64,000 bases of DNA from Mobula hypostoma. Lineage: Eukaryota. Every line of letters starts with the position of its first letter. Within the stretch, counting starts at the first letter, position 1. Positions 1 through 14,070 of this stretch are shown here, in pieces. The stretch lies in the NCBI RefSeq assembly GCF_963921235.1, contig NC_086108.1, forward strand, positions 51,090,001 to 51,154,000, in the 5' to 3' direction. The translations under genes and the position numbers were made by a program. A model generated the notes under the pieces. The model saw nothing but the letters and a program-made list of their open reading frames with translations. It was not told where the DNA came from and ran no database searches.

Positions 1-306
1 TGTAGGGGCATGAAACCATGGTATTAAAAATAATCTATCTGAACAATTTAATGCTTTAAAGAGATCATTATTTGGCAGTAGCCACAGGTAGCTATCTCAG
101 TTAACCTGATCATACCAGCAGACAGATTAACAACAAGGGTTTAGCAATTTTTTCTATTTAGTTTAATTGAGAATGAAGTGATTTTCTGACTGAAGAAAAA
201 TGTGAAATCGGCCACAGATGTATCTTGGGGGGAAATCAGAAAACGTCTTTCGTTTGCAAAAAATGTTCCTTACACGATAAATTTCACACATAACATCCAA
301 TCATAC

Positions 307-403
307 CTGCCATAAGGATGCTGTCCAACAAGGTCACCATTTTGAAACTGGTATTCACCCAAGAAATCTGGACTAATGGTTCCATCAGGTGGTAGAAGTC
401 CAT
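307..403 (-). CDS. KIFAP3: KIFAP3 coding exon (probably penultimate), 97 nt, phase 1 to 2
   Basis: tttacag|AT...GGCAG|gtatga; (D)GLLPPDGTISPDFLGEYQFQNGDLVGQHPYG(S), resembling recalled KAP3 tail [20 protein letters not shown]; no stop, so the terminal exon lies beyond position 1. Confidence 0.9.
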
Positions 404-864
404 CTGTAAATAGAGTTAACAACAACATAGCACCATTCAGTTGATTTTATTTTATACTTTCACCAGTTGATAATCACGCAGAGATAGCTAGCTACCGAAT
501 TATCTTTGCTGATATGATAAATACTAGCTCAGCAGATAATTGAAGTGGCACAGTTTCTTGCAGATAATAACAAATAGAGAAGAAAGCTGGCAATAGACAT
601 GGCTGCCTTACTTTGTGCTCAGAGTTGTTGTTTTGTTGTCTTTTTTATGGGGTTTTTGGTAGCCCCTCATATGTTCCTCATTCTTATGAATCAGTACAGA
701 CTTTTGCAGACTATTAACTGGGAATGGCAATGGAATTGTGTGCAACACACCATCAGGAAGCAAACAAACTGCTTTGTACTTGCCCAGTTTTACAGAGATA
801 AACCATTGTCAGAGAGATACCCTGCTGTCTGACAGTCATTTACCTCTGTGATATTGGCTTTTAC

Positions 865-1050
865 ATGGGTGACTGGAGGAAAGTTTAGGGGAAATGTCAA
901 AAGTAGTTTTTTTTTTTAACTCATGGAGAGTGGTGGGTGCCTGGAACAAAGTACTGGGGATGGTGACAATAGACATATTTACAAGGCTCTTACATAGGCA
1001 CGTGGATGTAGGAAAATGGATGGTGATAGCCTGTGTAGGGTTAGATTTAG
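865..1050 (+). mobile_element. Degraded CR1 LINE 3' fragment
   Basis: ggaaagtttagggg...gagagtggtgggtgcctggaac resembles the ORF2 end (GKFRG..FFTQRVV.AWN) of other CR1 copies in the window. Confidence 0.6.
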
Positions 1051-1099
1051 GATTTTAATCTGTGGACCAGTCCGATCATTTTCCACAACTATTTTAAAA

Positions 1100-2110
1100 T
1101 TAATAGTATTATCTTCACTAGTCCTACAATCAAGTGCTTCCCCCTCACTAATAGGAGCATCTTGATATAGTTGGAGAAAACTTTACTGGAACCATTTAGC
1201 AAATTCCATCTCATCCAAGCCCTTGCACAATGACAGTTCCAGTCAATATCAGGGAAGTTGAAACTACCTACTATTATAACCCTATAATCACTGGCATCTG
1301 CAACGTCTCTACATATTTATTCCTCGAATTTCCATTGACGATCGGGTAAAGTATAATAAAATCCGATCAAAGTGATCATCTCCTTCTTATTTTTAAGTTC
1401 CATCCCTATAGTCTCACAGGTAATCCCCCAAGAATATCTCTTCTAAGGATCATCATGATCATCACCCTAATAAAAATGCAAGTACCCACCCCCTTACCTC
1501 CACCTTTATGATGTTTAAGGCGTCTAAATCCAGGAACACTGAGCTGCCAGTCTTGCCCCTTCCTCAACCATGTTTCTCTTGTGGCTGTAATATCCCAGTC
1601 CCAAGTACCAATCCATCACTTGAGTTCCTCTGCCTTACCTGTCACTTAATATATTAATTCCCAGTCTTCTCCTTGTCTATTGAACTCGATTGATTTAACA
1701 TTTAAATTTGTCTCTGTGTGCCCAACTGCCACATCCCTGCTTTGGATTAGAAATCACTGCTAGGCTGGTTTCTAATGAGTTCTCCTGCAGATTCCTCTTA
1801 TAAAGCCTTCAATTCAGAAGAGGCCCCAATAGTCCAAGAACCCAAACCTTCCCTCCTGCAGCAGCTCCACAGCCATGCATTCATCTGCCCTACCCACGCA
1901 TTCCTACCCTTACTAACATGTGACACAAGAGTCATCCAGAGATTACAGACCTTGAGGTCATGCTTTATTTTTCTGTATAACTTCCTATATTCAGCCTGCA
2001 AGGCTTCATCCTTTGCTGCTGGTACCAATGTGTACAATGACCTGGGGACCCAAAAGGGCAACATACTATCCTGGAGACTCATTTGTGGCCATGTGGATTC
2101 CTGTCTATGC
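1100..2110 (-). mobile_element. Old degraded CR1 (ORF1 esterase and ORF2 endonuclease remnants)
   Basis: Nucleotide similarity to 21100-22200 and 48300-48800; ORF 1798..2082 has QAEYRKL...QMNAWLWSCCRREG (CR1 ORF1). Confidence 0.65.
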
Positions 2111-2139
2111 TCTTACTTATCAAGTCTCCTATTATTACA

Positions 2140-2545
2140 GCCAGAATCAGGTTTAATATCACAAGTATTGTCATGAAATTTGTTGTTTTGCAGCAGCGGC
2201 ACAGTACAATACATAATAAAAAAACTATTATAAGAAAAAATATATGTAACAATTAAATAGGGAGCACAAAAAGAGAGCAAATAAAGAAAAAGGAATAGTG
2301 ACGTGATGTACATGGGTTCACTTTGCATCCAGAAATTTAATGAGGGGAAGAAACTGTTCCCAAAATATTGAGTGTGTATCTTTGGGTTCCTGTGCCTTTT
2401 CGATGAGAGGAGGACATGTCCTGGATGATGGGGATCCTCAATGATGGATGCAGTCTTTTTGAGGCATCAACTTTTGAAGATGTCCTCAATGCTGGGAAAT
2501 TAGTGCCCATGATGGAGCCGGCTGAGTTTGAAACTTTTTGGCCGC
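2140..2545 (-). mobile_element. Rex1/Babar-like LINE 3' fragment
   Basis: cagaatcaggtttaatatca tail and body similar to 24932-25035 plus 29438-29750. Confidence 0.55.
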
Positions 2546-2724
2546 TTTTTCTGACCCATCAGGCATGACACCTTGTAACGATATCACCCTCTTGAAAGAT
2601 ATTCTGATGTCGGCCTTCAAGACAGAAATCACAGGGTCACCAAATTTCTAACTACACTTAGAATTGTTCTTCTTCATTCCTAAAATAGCCTTATGTAGGT
2701 TATACCTGGACATCTTGTATAGCT

Positions 2725-2880
2725 TAGATAGATAGATAGATATACTTTATTAATCCCGAGGGAAATTTGGTTTCGTTACAGCCGCACCAACCAAGAATAG
2801 AGCGTAAATATAGCAATACAAAAACCACAAACAATCAAACAACAAGATGCAAACTATGCCAGATGGAAAATAAGTCCAGG
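2725..2880 (-). mobile_element. LINE 3' end with (GATA)n tail
   Basis: (gata)n followed by tactttattaatcc (AATAAA on minus strand), same architecture as the tail at 52760-52797. Confidence 0.45.
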
Positions 2881-2894
2881 ATTAATTTAGAGGA

Positions 2895-3482
2895 CTAGAT
2901 TATAAAAGTAAGAATGTAATGTTGACACTTTAAGGCACTGGTCAGACTACACTTGGAGCTTCGTGAGCAGTTTTGGGCCCATAATCTAAAAAAAACATGC
3001 TGGCATTGGAGAGGGTCCAGAGGAGGTTCACGAGAATGATTTTGGAAATGAAAGAGGAATGTTTGATGGCTCCGGGTGTGGACTCGCTGGAGTTTCAAAG
3101 AATAATAGAGGATCTCAATGAAACCTATTGAATATTGAAATGCCTAGATGAAGAGAATGTTTCCAAGAATGAGGCTTCTGTGATCAATGGGTACAGCCTC
3201 AAAATAGAGGGACATCCATTTAGAACAGAAATGAGAAGGAATTTCTTTAGCCAGAGGGTAGTGAATGTGTGGAATTCATTGCCACAGACGGCCATGGAAG
3301 CAAAGTCACCCGGTATATTTAAAGCGGAGGTTGATACATTCGTGATTAGTCAGGGCATCAAAGGTTACGGGGAGGAGGCAAGAGAATGGGTTGAGAGGAA
3401 TAATAAATCAGCCATGATTGAATGGCATAGCTGACTCGATGGACCAAATGCCTAATTCCGCTCTTAGGTCTTATGATCTTAT
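2895..3482 (+). mobile_element. 5'-truncated CR1 LINE (ORF2 C-terminus plus 3'UTR)
   Basis: ORF 3135..3434 GYSLKIEGHPFRTEMRRNFFSQRVVNVWNSLP; 3' tail tcttatgatctt. Confidence 0.85.
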
Positions 3483-3707
3483 GAAAATATGGCACCAAAA
3501 ATCAGAAATTTTATCACCAGCTTTAAACATATTGGAAAATACAAATACAAAGCAATGTATTGTGAGCCAGATAATGCAAACAGAACATAATTTCACACAT
3601 ACATAAACAGTCAAGACAAGTTATTCTTTGGATTGGTTACTAGAAGTTTGAACAGGAACCTCACATTTTTTTGTTGTGTAGAGTTAAGCGTTCATTTCCA
3701 ACTGTTA

Positions 3708-3950
<243 letters not shown>

Positions 3951-5136
3951 TCATACTGTTTGAGTGATGAGGTGTGACTACTCAATTGTAAGCAAAGACA
4001 TAGACCCTAGAAAAATTCAGATGGGGCAGTGAAAGAGGAAAAGGAGAGTGGGAATTCCTCCGAACAGCCTAAGTAAATATAAACACCACTTAACCCCTTG
4101 AACCTTTCAGGAATGCAAGAAGCTCATACACCTCCCGGTATTCAAAAACTTTATCCCATTTGGTAGAGTGATGGTTTTGGTTTCCTTTACTCAACATATT
4201 TAAAAAGATTTTAAAATACCATTGTTTCTTCTTGCTTTTATTTCAACAGACGTTCGGGGTTTGAAATTCAGCAATAAGCAGAATTCACTCATCACCTTTC
4301 TCCTCTCTGCTTCCATAAATGAAAATTACCTTCATCATAATCTTTTCTTTGCAGTTCTAGTGGCCATACACTACCATACAGAAGTATATTTTTTATACAA
4401 ATACTTTGCAATATCCAATAGCAACATTTATTAAAGGCACTCCAAAACAGTTTATTGTTTATTCTGTGTTTAAGGAAACAGCAAACACTTCATAGAAAAT
4501 GGATTTTCTACATTCTCAACTTCCATCAAGGAACCGATAATACAAAACTTACTGAGCTGTACAGATGTAAAATTAATTAATATTTTCAAAACCAAGAAAT
4601 AATGAAGATATGGGAAATTATGATTTGGATAATAACAGCTATCAACATATAGCAAATCAGTAATCTAAAACAGATCTTAAAAATCAGAAACAGCAACAAA
4701 AAATGCAGGAGATACTCAAATCAAGTAGGGCATTGACTTTTCATCAAAATGTAGTATCACCAGCATTTTCTTTTTAATTTACTGCAGATTAGTTTTGGTA
4801 GGGCAAATTCCACCTTTTGTTCCAAGAAAGGAACAAATTGTCTTTCATTGCCATAAACAGTTAAAGGTCAATAGACCGAACTGTAAATTATTTGAAGATA
4901 AATGAAATACTTTTGACTATTTTAAATCTACACAAAGTAACAGGGCTTCCTCTATGACCATTTATTTGTGCAGCATATTAATTGTAAATATTTAGTATTA
5001 ATATTACTGCAATTGATTGGATTTCCAGAATTAAACAGACAGAAGTGAACCTGATTACTTAAGCTGTAGGACCTGCCTTCTTCCATTTCATTTTCTTAAA
5101 TTCTCTACTTTCCACAGGGAGTAACTCTTGCACCTT

Positions 5137-5986
5137 ATAGACAATAAGTGCAGGAGTAGGCCATTTAGCCCTTCAAGTCAGCACCACCATTCACTGTGAT
5201 CATGGCTGATCATCCACAATCAGTATCCAGTTCCTGCCTTATCCCCATAACCTTTGATTCCGCTATATTTAAAAGCTCTATCCATCTCTTTCTTGAAAGC
5301 ATCCAGAGACTTGGCCTCCACAGCCTTCTGGGGCAGAGCATTTCATATATCCACCACCCTCTGGGTGAAAAAGTTTTTCCTCAACTCCGTTCTAAATGGC
5401 CTACCCCTTATTCTTAAACTGTGGCCTCTGCTTCTAGACTCACCCATCAGCGGGAACATGCTTCCTGCCTGCACCGTGTCCAATCCCTTAATAATCTTAC
5501 ATGTTTCAATAAGATCCCCTCTCAGCCTTCTAAATTCCAGAGTATACAAGCCCAGTTGCTCCAATCTTTCGACATATGACAGTCCTGCCATCCCGGGAAT
5601 TAACCTTGTGAACCTACGCTGCACTCCCTCAATAGCAAGAATGTCCTTCCTCAAATTTGGAGACCAAAACTGCACACAGTACTCCAGGTGTGGTCTCACC
5701 AGGGCCCTGTACAGCTGCAGAAAGACCTCTTTGCTCTTATACTCAATTCCCCTTGTTATGAAAGCCAGCATGCCTTAGCTTTCTTCACTGCCTGCTGTAC
5801 TTACATGCTTGCTTTCAGTGACTGATGTATAAGAACACCTAGATCTTGTTGTACTTCCCCTTTTCCTAACTTGACTCCATTTAGATAATAATCTGCCTTC
5901 CTGTTCTTACCACCAAAGTGGATAACCTCACATTTATCCACATTAAACTGCATCTGCCACGCATCTGCCCACTCACCCAGCCTGTC
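5137..5986 (-). mobile_element. 5'-truncated CR1 LINE, family with ATAGACA-type tail
   Basis: ORFs 5343..5771 and 5801..6031 (WQMQFNVDKCEV, LVRPHLEYCVQFWSP); highly similar to copies at 33974 and 58721. Confidence 0.92.
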
Positions 5987-7599
5987 TTCGGTTTGTGATG
6001 GCAACTTCCCTGTTGAAATACTGATATGCAAGCAACTGTTTTACTAAATTACTTCAGAAATATCCTGAAAATGCAAGTAGATTGCCAGCAGCCACAATCC
6101 ATCACTGGAGGAAGGGAGTACCATGACCATTTGCAACATTAAAATAGTCACAAATCTTTTTAAGAAAGTAGAATAAAAAAAGATGCATTGCACATTTGGT
6201 GCTTTCAGGTCGTAGACCTGATGAAGGCTTTAATAATGGAGATAGGATTTGCCGAAAAAGAGAGTGAAGAGAAGTTGATGTAGTAAAATAAAGTTTACTT
6301 ACGGGGAGAACTATCCAGTAGCAAAAAAGGCAGCACATTTAAAGCTGAAGTAACATTTTAAATAGATGCTGCTGACACTCTCTTCCACATAATCAGATAA
6401 TTTACATTAAGGAATCTGTTTGCAGTTACAGAAAAATCATCACTCATCAGTATAATTAGAGTAAACCATAAATGAAACACAAGACATGCACAAAAACTTT
6501 GTTACATCTGTTATGATAATTGCAAATGTTCTTTTTTTGACTATTTCCTCTCAACACCTCAGTGTTCATGTCACTCACTTGAACCATAACTATCTGATTA
6601 ACAAACTTGTCAGACAAACAAACTGCTCCCTTCTGCATCTTCTCCATGTTAACTGATGAAAAACAGGTCTTCTTTCACTTACATCAGGAGTTTGATATGC
6701 TAGAGGTAAGAGAAATTACATTCCCACGGCAATAAAAACATGTACACTTAACCCAAATTCATTTTTTGTGACTGATAAAGTTCTACATAATCATAATTCA
6801 AACATATAACCTCACTAAAGTTTGGCACACATACATATCAAAAGAGCAAATGTTACATGTAAAGTATGTATGGTCACAAAGATTTCTGGATAAACAAGCA
6901 GCAGCAATGAAAGATCCCAGACAATGAGCTGAGTCAAGAACTTAGTTGAGCCCACTGAACCAAACATGAAATAAGATCCTTTCTATATAGTAAATACATG
7001 AAACTGAATACTACCAGGTACAAAATTTGATTAAAATGGAACAACTAAAATATTAGTTAATGTACTCTCTATTTTTATATTAATTACTGCTAAATCATTT
7101 ACTTGGTTTATAAAAATATTAATTTAGTTGACAACATGGATATTTTAAAGTCGGTCCCCTGTTTCAGCAAAGGTAAAACTTGCACCCATATATATCTTGG
7201 AACAGCTCCATGGACAACAGCAAGAGTCATGACTCCAAGAGGCCTAAGGGCTATGGATTCCTGGGAAACAATGCTGTTGGCTGGGAATGCACATATTCTA
7301 GCCAGAAGTGTGGTTTCTTTGGAGTCAAGCAACCATAGATTCTTTCTCAGGCTAGACTTGCACTTCCCACTTCCAAAAAGCACACCCAAGTATCCAGGAC
7401 CCTTGCTCAGAGGGAATTGATTTCATAGAGTCTATTCTGCAAAGAAAGTCGATCTGTCCCCAAAATATCTAATTAGCAAACCTGCAAGACAAACAAACCA
7501 TTAATATACATACAGTACATATATTTTTCCTTTTATTTGTTCCTAACCTTTCCAGCTCTGCTATATCATTGTTATGGCATGTTGAATCTGCATAGACAA

Positions 7600-8360
7600 A
7601 TCCCACCTATCCCATTTGCCATAGCTTTTCAAGTCCTTTAAAAAGCCTTGGTTAACTTTATTACCATCACCTTTACAGTGTTTCAAGTTTCAACTTCTAT
7701 GTGGATCCTCAGATCTCCCATGTAAATTTTGTCCAATATTCAACATCTTGTCTTTAAATTAACTAATAGGAATAGCTTCCCATTATTTGCCATATTCAAT
7801 CTAGTTATTATCTTGTTCACTCCTTTCAATTATCTTATCAACAGTTTTCACTCCAAGGAAACCAACCCAGTTTTCTCTATTCTAATTTTGTTGCTGAAAT
7901 CTTGAGGAGCAGTGACTAGAATGGCCTACATTTTGTTTAGAATTTATTGTCATTTAGCCTTGATCACCACTGATTACTCATTCTACCACAATGTATCACC
8001 TCACATTTCTCTGCATTAAATTTTATTGGTCACTTGTCTGCTATTCTGCCAGCCTATGTCCTCTTGCAGTCTTTTCTTTCCAAACTTTGCTTTCATCCAT
8101 AAAGAGATAAATCTTACTATATGCATCCATAGCATCAAAACATCAAAAATAAAAGTCCAAGCATGAACACTTTAGGAATACCATTTGTCTACCGATCCTT
8201 CAATGTTTTTAAAAATCCATTCATCAGTTCTCTGCTTTGTGCCTTTCAGTCAGTTAATTATTCTTTTAGTCAGTTAATTATTCATGCCCCTTTAATTCCA
8301 TGGGACTCAATTCACTAACAAGTCTTTTTTTGTGTGGGAACTTCCTCAAGCATACATTAT
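7600..8360 (-). mobile_element. Very old CR1-like remnant containing a 20-bp tandem duplication (8244-8283)
   Basis: Patches such as ctccaaggaaaccaacccag and aattccatggg...actaacaagtct align by eye to minus-strand CR1 RT; (ttt[c/t]agtcagttaattattc)x2. Confidence 0.4.
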
Positions 8361-9569
8361 AATTTAATGAGAAATTAACGGACAGCCAGGGAAGCACTAT
8401 ACACAAAAATAAGAGAAATCATTTCAATAGTCATAACACTTTCTGACATTGTCCTACTGTTTTAACCTGTATTAAAATTCGTAAGACATAACTCTCTCAT
8501 TTTTAATTAATTGAATACTTAAGCAATCAAGATAGCTGTGTTATCCAGTATTCACTGTTGATGTTGTTCCGGATAGCTAGTGATGTGCTCCAGGATCTCA
8601 ATATGCAAGAAGTAAACATGATTATTGGAAACCCTGGTAACTTCACTAAACACATAACTCAATCACAATCTCTATTTGTTAACATCATGGTTTTCTTAAG
8701 CCTTCAACAAAAAAAGTGAATATAATCATATTTGACAAAACTAAATTATCTATTGGTAATCATGTGAAGTGAGACCAAAGCTGGAATTTTCAGCTGGTTG
8801 TCCTGATGGATAAATACTTCCAGCTAAAGTTTACATTCCAAGAAGAAAACAAAGGAGAACTAAAAATGAAATATATTTATGCCATATATTTAAGTAAACA
8901 AAATTTGTCAGCCAGACAATGAAATAAACCCTGATGTCTAGTTATAAATTGTGTGGATTACTTTAAATTTAAAAATAATGAGGATGTCTGTACTCATAGA
9001 CCATCCTTGGATGTTGCCTGACCTGCAAGCTCCTCCATGTGTTGTCTGTTTTCATGTTCGCAATATGGGAATTTCCATTGAATACATTCCTCGTGGCATG
9101 TTTGTTCATTCAAATTTATTATTACAAACAAGGTTATAATGTACTGAACAATCCGATTCACCAATCCAATAATTGTACTGTCAATGGAAATATTGATATC
9201 TTCTATTTAGTTTCAGGACACCAATGAACTAAAAATCAGCTACTGGACAAAATGATTAGTGCCATTATGTGCAGAAACAAACAAAAAAAATTTCTTCATA
9301 TATTTGTTTTTATGCACCAGGAATAACAGTGGTAATGTAAAAATCAAAATATTGCAAGTAAACCCCAAGTTCTTTAAAGAAAGACAACCCTTTCAGATTC
9401 AGTGGTTTGGGCATAATTTACTTCACAGTTGCAAACTGTTTATCCAGATACATAATTCCTATTAGAGTCTGAAAGTTCTGCTTCTCTAAATTGTTCATTC
9501 TTTTAACAGAGTAGTTAATTGTAACTTTAAAATTTATTATTAAATAACAGCTAAATTCAGTGAGGGGGT

Positions 9570-10300
9570 ATCAACTTGATGATGTGAAAAATTGCCCTGT
9601 TGTATCTTGTTTTCAAAACCTTCGTCAAATCCAATCCAGATACTCATTGTCCAATCAGTCTCATCTCAACTATGAAAGTGATAGAGGTATTTTCAACATT
9701 ACTACCAGGCAGTAAGTACTACATCTCAACCTCACTGCAGCATTGATACAAACACAGACCGAAAAGCTGAATCCCTGAGGCAATGAAAGTGACTATGATA
9801 AAGTGCTTACTTTATCAACAATAACAAAGTCATTGATTTTGAAGTACTTGACTAAGAATGGCATCAAGGAACCTTAATAAACTCAAAGTCAATGGATGTC
9901 AGAGGAAACATCCCAATAGTTGGAATCATACCCAACACAAAGGAGGTTGGTTACGGTTGACAGATCAATAATCACAACCCTAGGATTCTCCAGGTAGTAC
10001 CTATGCCTAACTATCTTAAACTGCTTAATTAATGACCTTCCCTCATCTTAAGGTCAGAACCCCCTACTGAACATGCCAATCCTCTATCACCACTGCCCAG
10101 AATCTCAACTAGACTGGCCACTAAATACGGTGGTTACAAGAGCAGATCAAAGGATGCCAATTTCTTTTAACAATCTTCAAGACAATACGTGATGGAATAT
10201 TCTCCACTTGTTTTCTAAATTCAAGCCAGAGGCTTGATAGAGTACTTTCTACTTGCCTGAATGAGTATAGCTCCAATACTACTCAAGAAGCTTTACACTA
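9570..10300 (+). mobile_element. Highly degraded LINE RT remnant
   Basis: gtgaaaaattgccc...aaatccaatcca...ccaatcagtctcatctcaac corresponds to the WKIA.V.P..K...SNP.NYRPISL motif. Confidence 0.5.
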
Positions 10301-10309
10301 TGTGAGAAA

Positions 10310-11287
10310 AAGAATAGATTGAAATGTGTTAACTTTAATGCAAGGAGTACAAGGAACAAGGGTGATGACCTTGAGCATGGATAGTATATGGAATTACAAC
10401 ACTGTGACCATTACAGAGACTTAGCTCTCACAGGACAGGAATGACTGCTACGTGTTTCAGGGTGGGAAGGTAAAAAGTGGAGGAGTGGCATTGCTAATCA
10501 GGGACAGTATCACAGCTGCAGAAAAGGGGGGCATTGGGAAAGGATTGTCTACTGAATCAGTATGGGTGGAAGTCAGGAGCAGTAAGGGAGCAATCACTGC
10601 TGGAAGCTTTCTATGGAATCCCTTCCAAGGGGGTAGATGCTGAGGAGCAGATCATAAGGCAGATTTTGCAATGGTGCAAAAATAACAGGATTATAGTCTT
10701 CAACTTCTCTAATATTGACTTACACCTCCTTAAGTGCTAAAGCCACAGATGAGGCAGAATTTGATAGGGATATCAAGAATTCTGACAAAACGTGTGGACA
10801 GGCTGACCAAAGATGAGGCCCTACTGGATCTAGCACTAGGCAATGAATCTAGTCAGGTCACAGATATCTCAGTGGGTGAGCATTTCAGAGACAGTGACCA
10901 TAACTCCCTGGCCTTTAGCATAGTCTTAGAAAAGGACAAGAGCAGACAGTATGAAAAAGTATTGATTTGGGGGAAGGACAAATTATGATACTATTTGGCA
11001 GGAACTTGTTAGCATAAGTTGGAAACAGATGTATTCACAGAAATGTACAATGGAAATATGGAGGTTGCTTAGGGAGCACTTGCATGGGGTTCTGGATAGG
11101 TTTCTCCCATTGAGACGAGAAGAGGATGGTAGGGTGAAGGAACTATGGTTGACAAGAGAGATGGAACTAGAGGAAGAAGGAAGCATACTTAAAGTTTAGG
11201 AAACAAGGATCAGACTTGAGAATTATAAGGTAGCCAGGAAGGAACTTAAGAAGAGACATAGGAGACTTAAAACAGGTCATGAGAAGG
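10310..11287 (+). mobile_element. CR1 ORF2 endonuclease region (degraded), left part of a copy interrupted by hAT
   Basis: KSGGVALLIRDSIT, ESVWVEVR, LLDLALGNE, SDHNSLAF motifs. Confidence 0.85.
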
Positions 11288-14070
11288 TTTATTCGTGGCT
11301 GGTTTGACTGGCTGGAATATTCGATCACGAAAGATATTACATTCTGCTTCGCATGCAGGCATTTCCTGTGTGGAGGACATGGGTTCCATTCTGAGTCTAC
11401 CTTCACTGTCACTGGTTACCGCAACTGGCGGAAAGCTACAACAGCTTTCATAATCCACCATGTAAGTGTAGCTTATAAGTTTGCTATGGAGGCATGGGCC
11501 AAATTCAGATAGAGAAAACAAGACGGTTCAAGATTGGGAAATATGCTTGACAAAGGACATGCAAAGATTGTCCAAGAAAATCGTGAGTATATGAGAGCAG
11601 TGGTTGAGTCTCTACGCTATACTGCGTGCCAAGGCATTGCTCAGCGAGGACAGCGGGGGGATGATGAATATGGCAATAGGGGAAACTTTTTTGAGTTGCT
11701 CAGTGTAATTGGGCAGTTTGATAAGACTGTAGCTAAAAAATAGAGGACAATCCTGGAAATGCAAAAAAATACCCATCACGATATCCAAAATGAAGTTATG
11801 GGTATTATGTCAGATATGGTCAGACTTCAAATAAGTGCAGAAATCAAGGAGGCTGGAGATTTTGCCATCATGGTGGATGACAGTAAAGACTTGAGTAAAA
11901 AGGAGCAAATATCAGTGGTGGTGCGGTATTTGAATTATGAAACAGCGCTTGAAGAATTTTTACACTTCACTCTAACAGAAGGGTTGGACACAAAGAGTCG
12001 CTTCTCAAAAGCATTGAACAGACACTCGCCCAGTGTGTTATTGATAAGAACACGTGTATAGGTCAGTGTTATGACAGGGCGGCAGTGATGTCCGGGTGCA
12101 ATAACGGGGTACAAGAGAGGTTAAGGAAAGAGATCCCGCAGGCATCATATATGCACTGCCATGTTCACAGACTTAACCTTGTTTTAGTGGATGTTGTGAG
12201 CAATGTACAACAAGTGGGCGGGTGAGTTTTTTGAAACTGTGCAGCTGCTTTACAACTTCTTTTCAAACTCTGTTGCCCACGATCTTTTCATGAAGAAACC
12301 AAGAGAACTGGAATCAACTGCACAGCCCATGGAGTTGAAGAAATTGTCAGATACACGCTGGGCATGGCAGTATGCAGCTTTGTGGGCTATAAGCAAATTA
12401 CTCCCTGCCATTCTAGCTACACTGCAGGATATTATGGGTCAACCAAATGCACGGAGGAAAATGGAGGCCAGAGCTGTAAATGGACTGATTGACGAGCAGT
12501 TTGCTTTACTTCTTACTGTGTTTGAGGATTTATTCCGAGTCACCAAGTTCATGTCAGACCAGCTACAATTTCCCAGTTTGGGGCTTTCATCCGCGGTGGA
12601 CTAGGCTCAGTCTATTATCAATGCACTCTCAGCAAAACAGGGAGAGAAATCATGGTGTGAAATTCAGGCAAGAGCTAGGGACCTGTGCGTTAAGGCCGGT
12701 ATACAGAGCAGACCACATGAAAGGAGATAGGCCCAGCCACGCCTACATGATTTTGTTTTTGAAGCCCAAACTGAACGCACACCTGTCATATCCTCTGATG
12801 ACCTTCGCAAGCACTGTTTCTATCCAGTTATAGACAGACTTCTGACTGAAATGAAAAGACGGTTCTTAATTGAGACTGAGGGTTTTCTGACTGCAGTCTC
12901 AGCATTGAGTCCCAAACACAAGTTCTTCCTAGACAAGAATTGTCTTTGGCCAATGACCCAATACTATGGAGTGACTGAAGTGAACCTGACTGCAGAGCTA
13001 CATCAGGTTCGGCATCTGCTGGAAACAAAACAAAAGCAAGGGCAGACAGTGAATGACACAGTGGAATTTCTAGCTCTAATGAGACCTGACCGTGATGCAT
13101 TTATAGATTTATACAAACTAATCTGCATTATCACTGACTCTACCTGTGACATCTGCCTCATGTAAACCGAGTTTCTCTTGCCTCAGACGTCTCAAAAACT
13201 ACCTAAGGAATAGCAGCGTCGATGCTCGGAACAGCAACTTGACCCTGTTGGCCATAAACAGCCGGAGGACCAAGGCACTTGACATCCAGAAAATCATTGA
13301 TGCTTTCACCACCAATCACAACAACAGATGGATTGTGCCTCTCTGAAAACATGAATGGTGAGTGCAGTTGATGTTTTTTTCTTAAATTTAGGCCCAGAAT
13401 AATGCTGATTATTATCATTATTTTGTGGTAGATACCCCATAGTCCTTAAGTTTCCTGCAAATCCTAAACTATTACATTTACTGCTATTAAGCCTAGTGGT
13501 TTTGCTTAGACTTCCAAGCGGTGATTCTATTGATTTTTGTTTCAAATTCAGTAGCCGAATTAATTGAGGTATTGCATGGTCAGAGTACAATTTGTCCTGG
13601 TAAAGCCTTGCATCTGTTGTTTGCCTTATTTGACTTTAATAACAGTGTATCTTTTGGCATTGTCTGTCCATGTAGTGCGAATAGCAGTGGACATTGTGGG
13701 TTAGTGTTGTGTTTTTCAGTTGAAAAGCACAAATTTGACGCTGATTGCGGGATTGGTGCGTGATTCACATTGTGCGCTGTGGGTCGGATGCCCTTTTGGT
13801 TTGTTTGTTTATGCTCTGTGTAGCCCCGGCTGTCTCCGATGCTGTTGACACTGTCACAGTTCACTTCTATATCATATTTATCAATTGCTGTTGCTTGTGA
13901 ATCAACAGAGGCATTTATAGGAGGCACATAATGCTTGAAACTGACTTCTGAACACCACGCGTCTGGCCTTGCGAATACATATTACCATAGGGTACATCCT
14001 TCAGCACCATCACTGAATAATTCAGCCCCACTGTAGCACCAGCAAGAAAAAATCTCTGGCGCCGCCACTG
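11288..14070 (+). mobile_element. Degraded hAT DNA transposon (ZMYM1-like/Tip100-type transposase pseudogene ~11288-13346), right TIR only
   Basis: Fragments WLEYS..D..FCFACRHF (TTF-type zinc finger), GIAQRG..D..GNRGNF, IMVDDSKDLSKKEQISVVVRY, QCYD.AAVMSG, HCHVHRLNL, SDTRW, SASC..SFS.LRRLKNYLR (hAT dimerisation domain); terminus ctggcgccgccactg ending at 14070. Confidence 0.9.

Noticed and set aside
5254..5778. Long plus-strand ORFs such as 174 aa here, 58957..59421 and 59497..59952
   Set aside because: Antisense shadow frames of CR1 ORF2; not independent genes
6202..6260. Plus-strand near-match to a type-III hammerhead (CUUUC...CUGAUGA-A-GGC...GCC-GAAAAAG)
   Set aside because: The stem I hairpin aggtc/gacct overlaps the CU of CUGAUGA (2 nt short), stem II is only 3 bp, and it is antisense to the host gene; likely chance or decayed
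11288..13346. Possible domesticated ZMYM1-like host gene
   Set aside because: Multiple stops and frameshifts, no introns, and a retained TIR indicate a dead hAT copy
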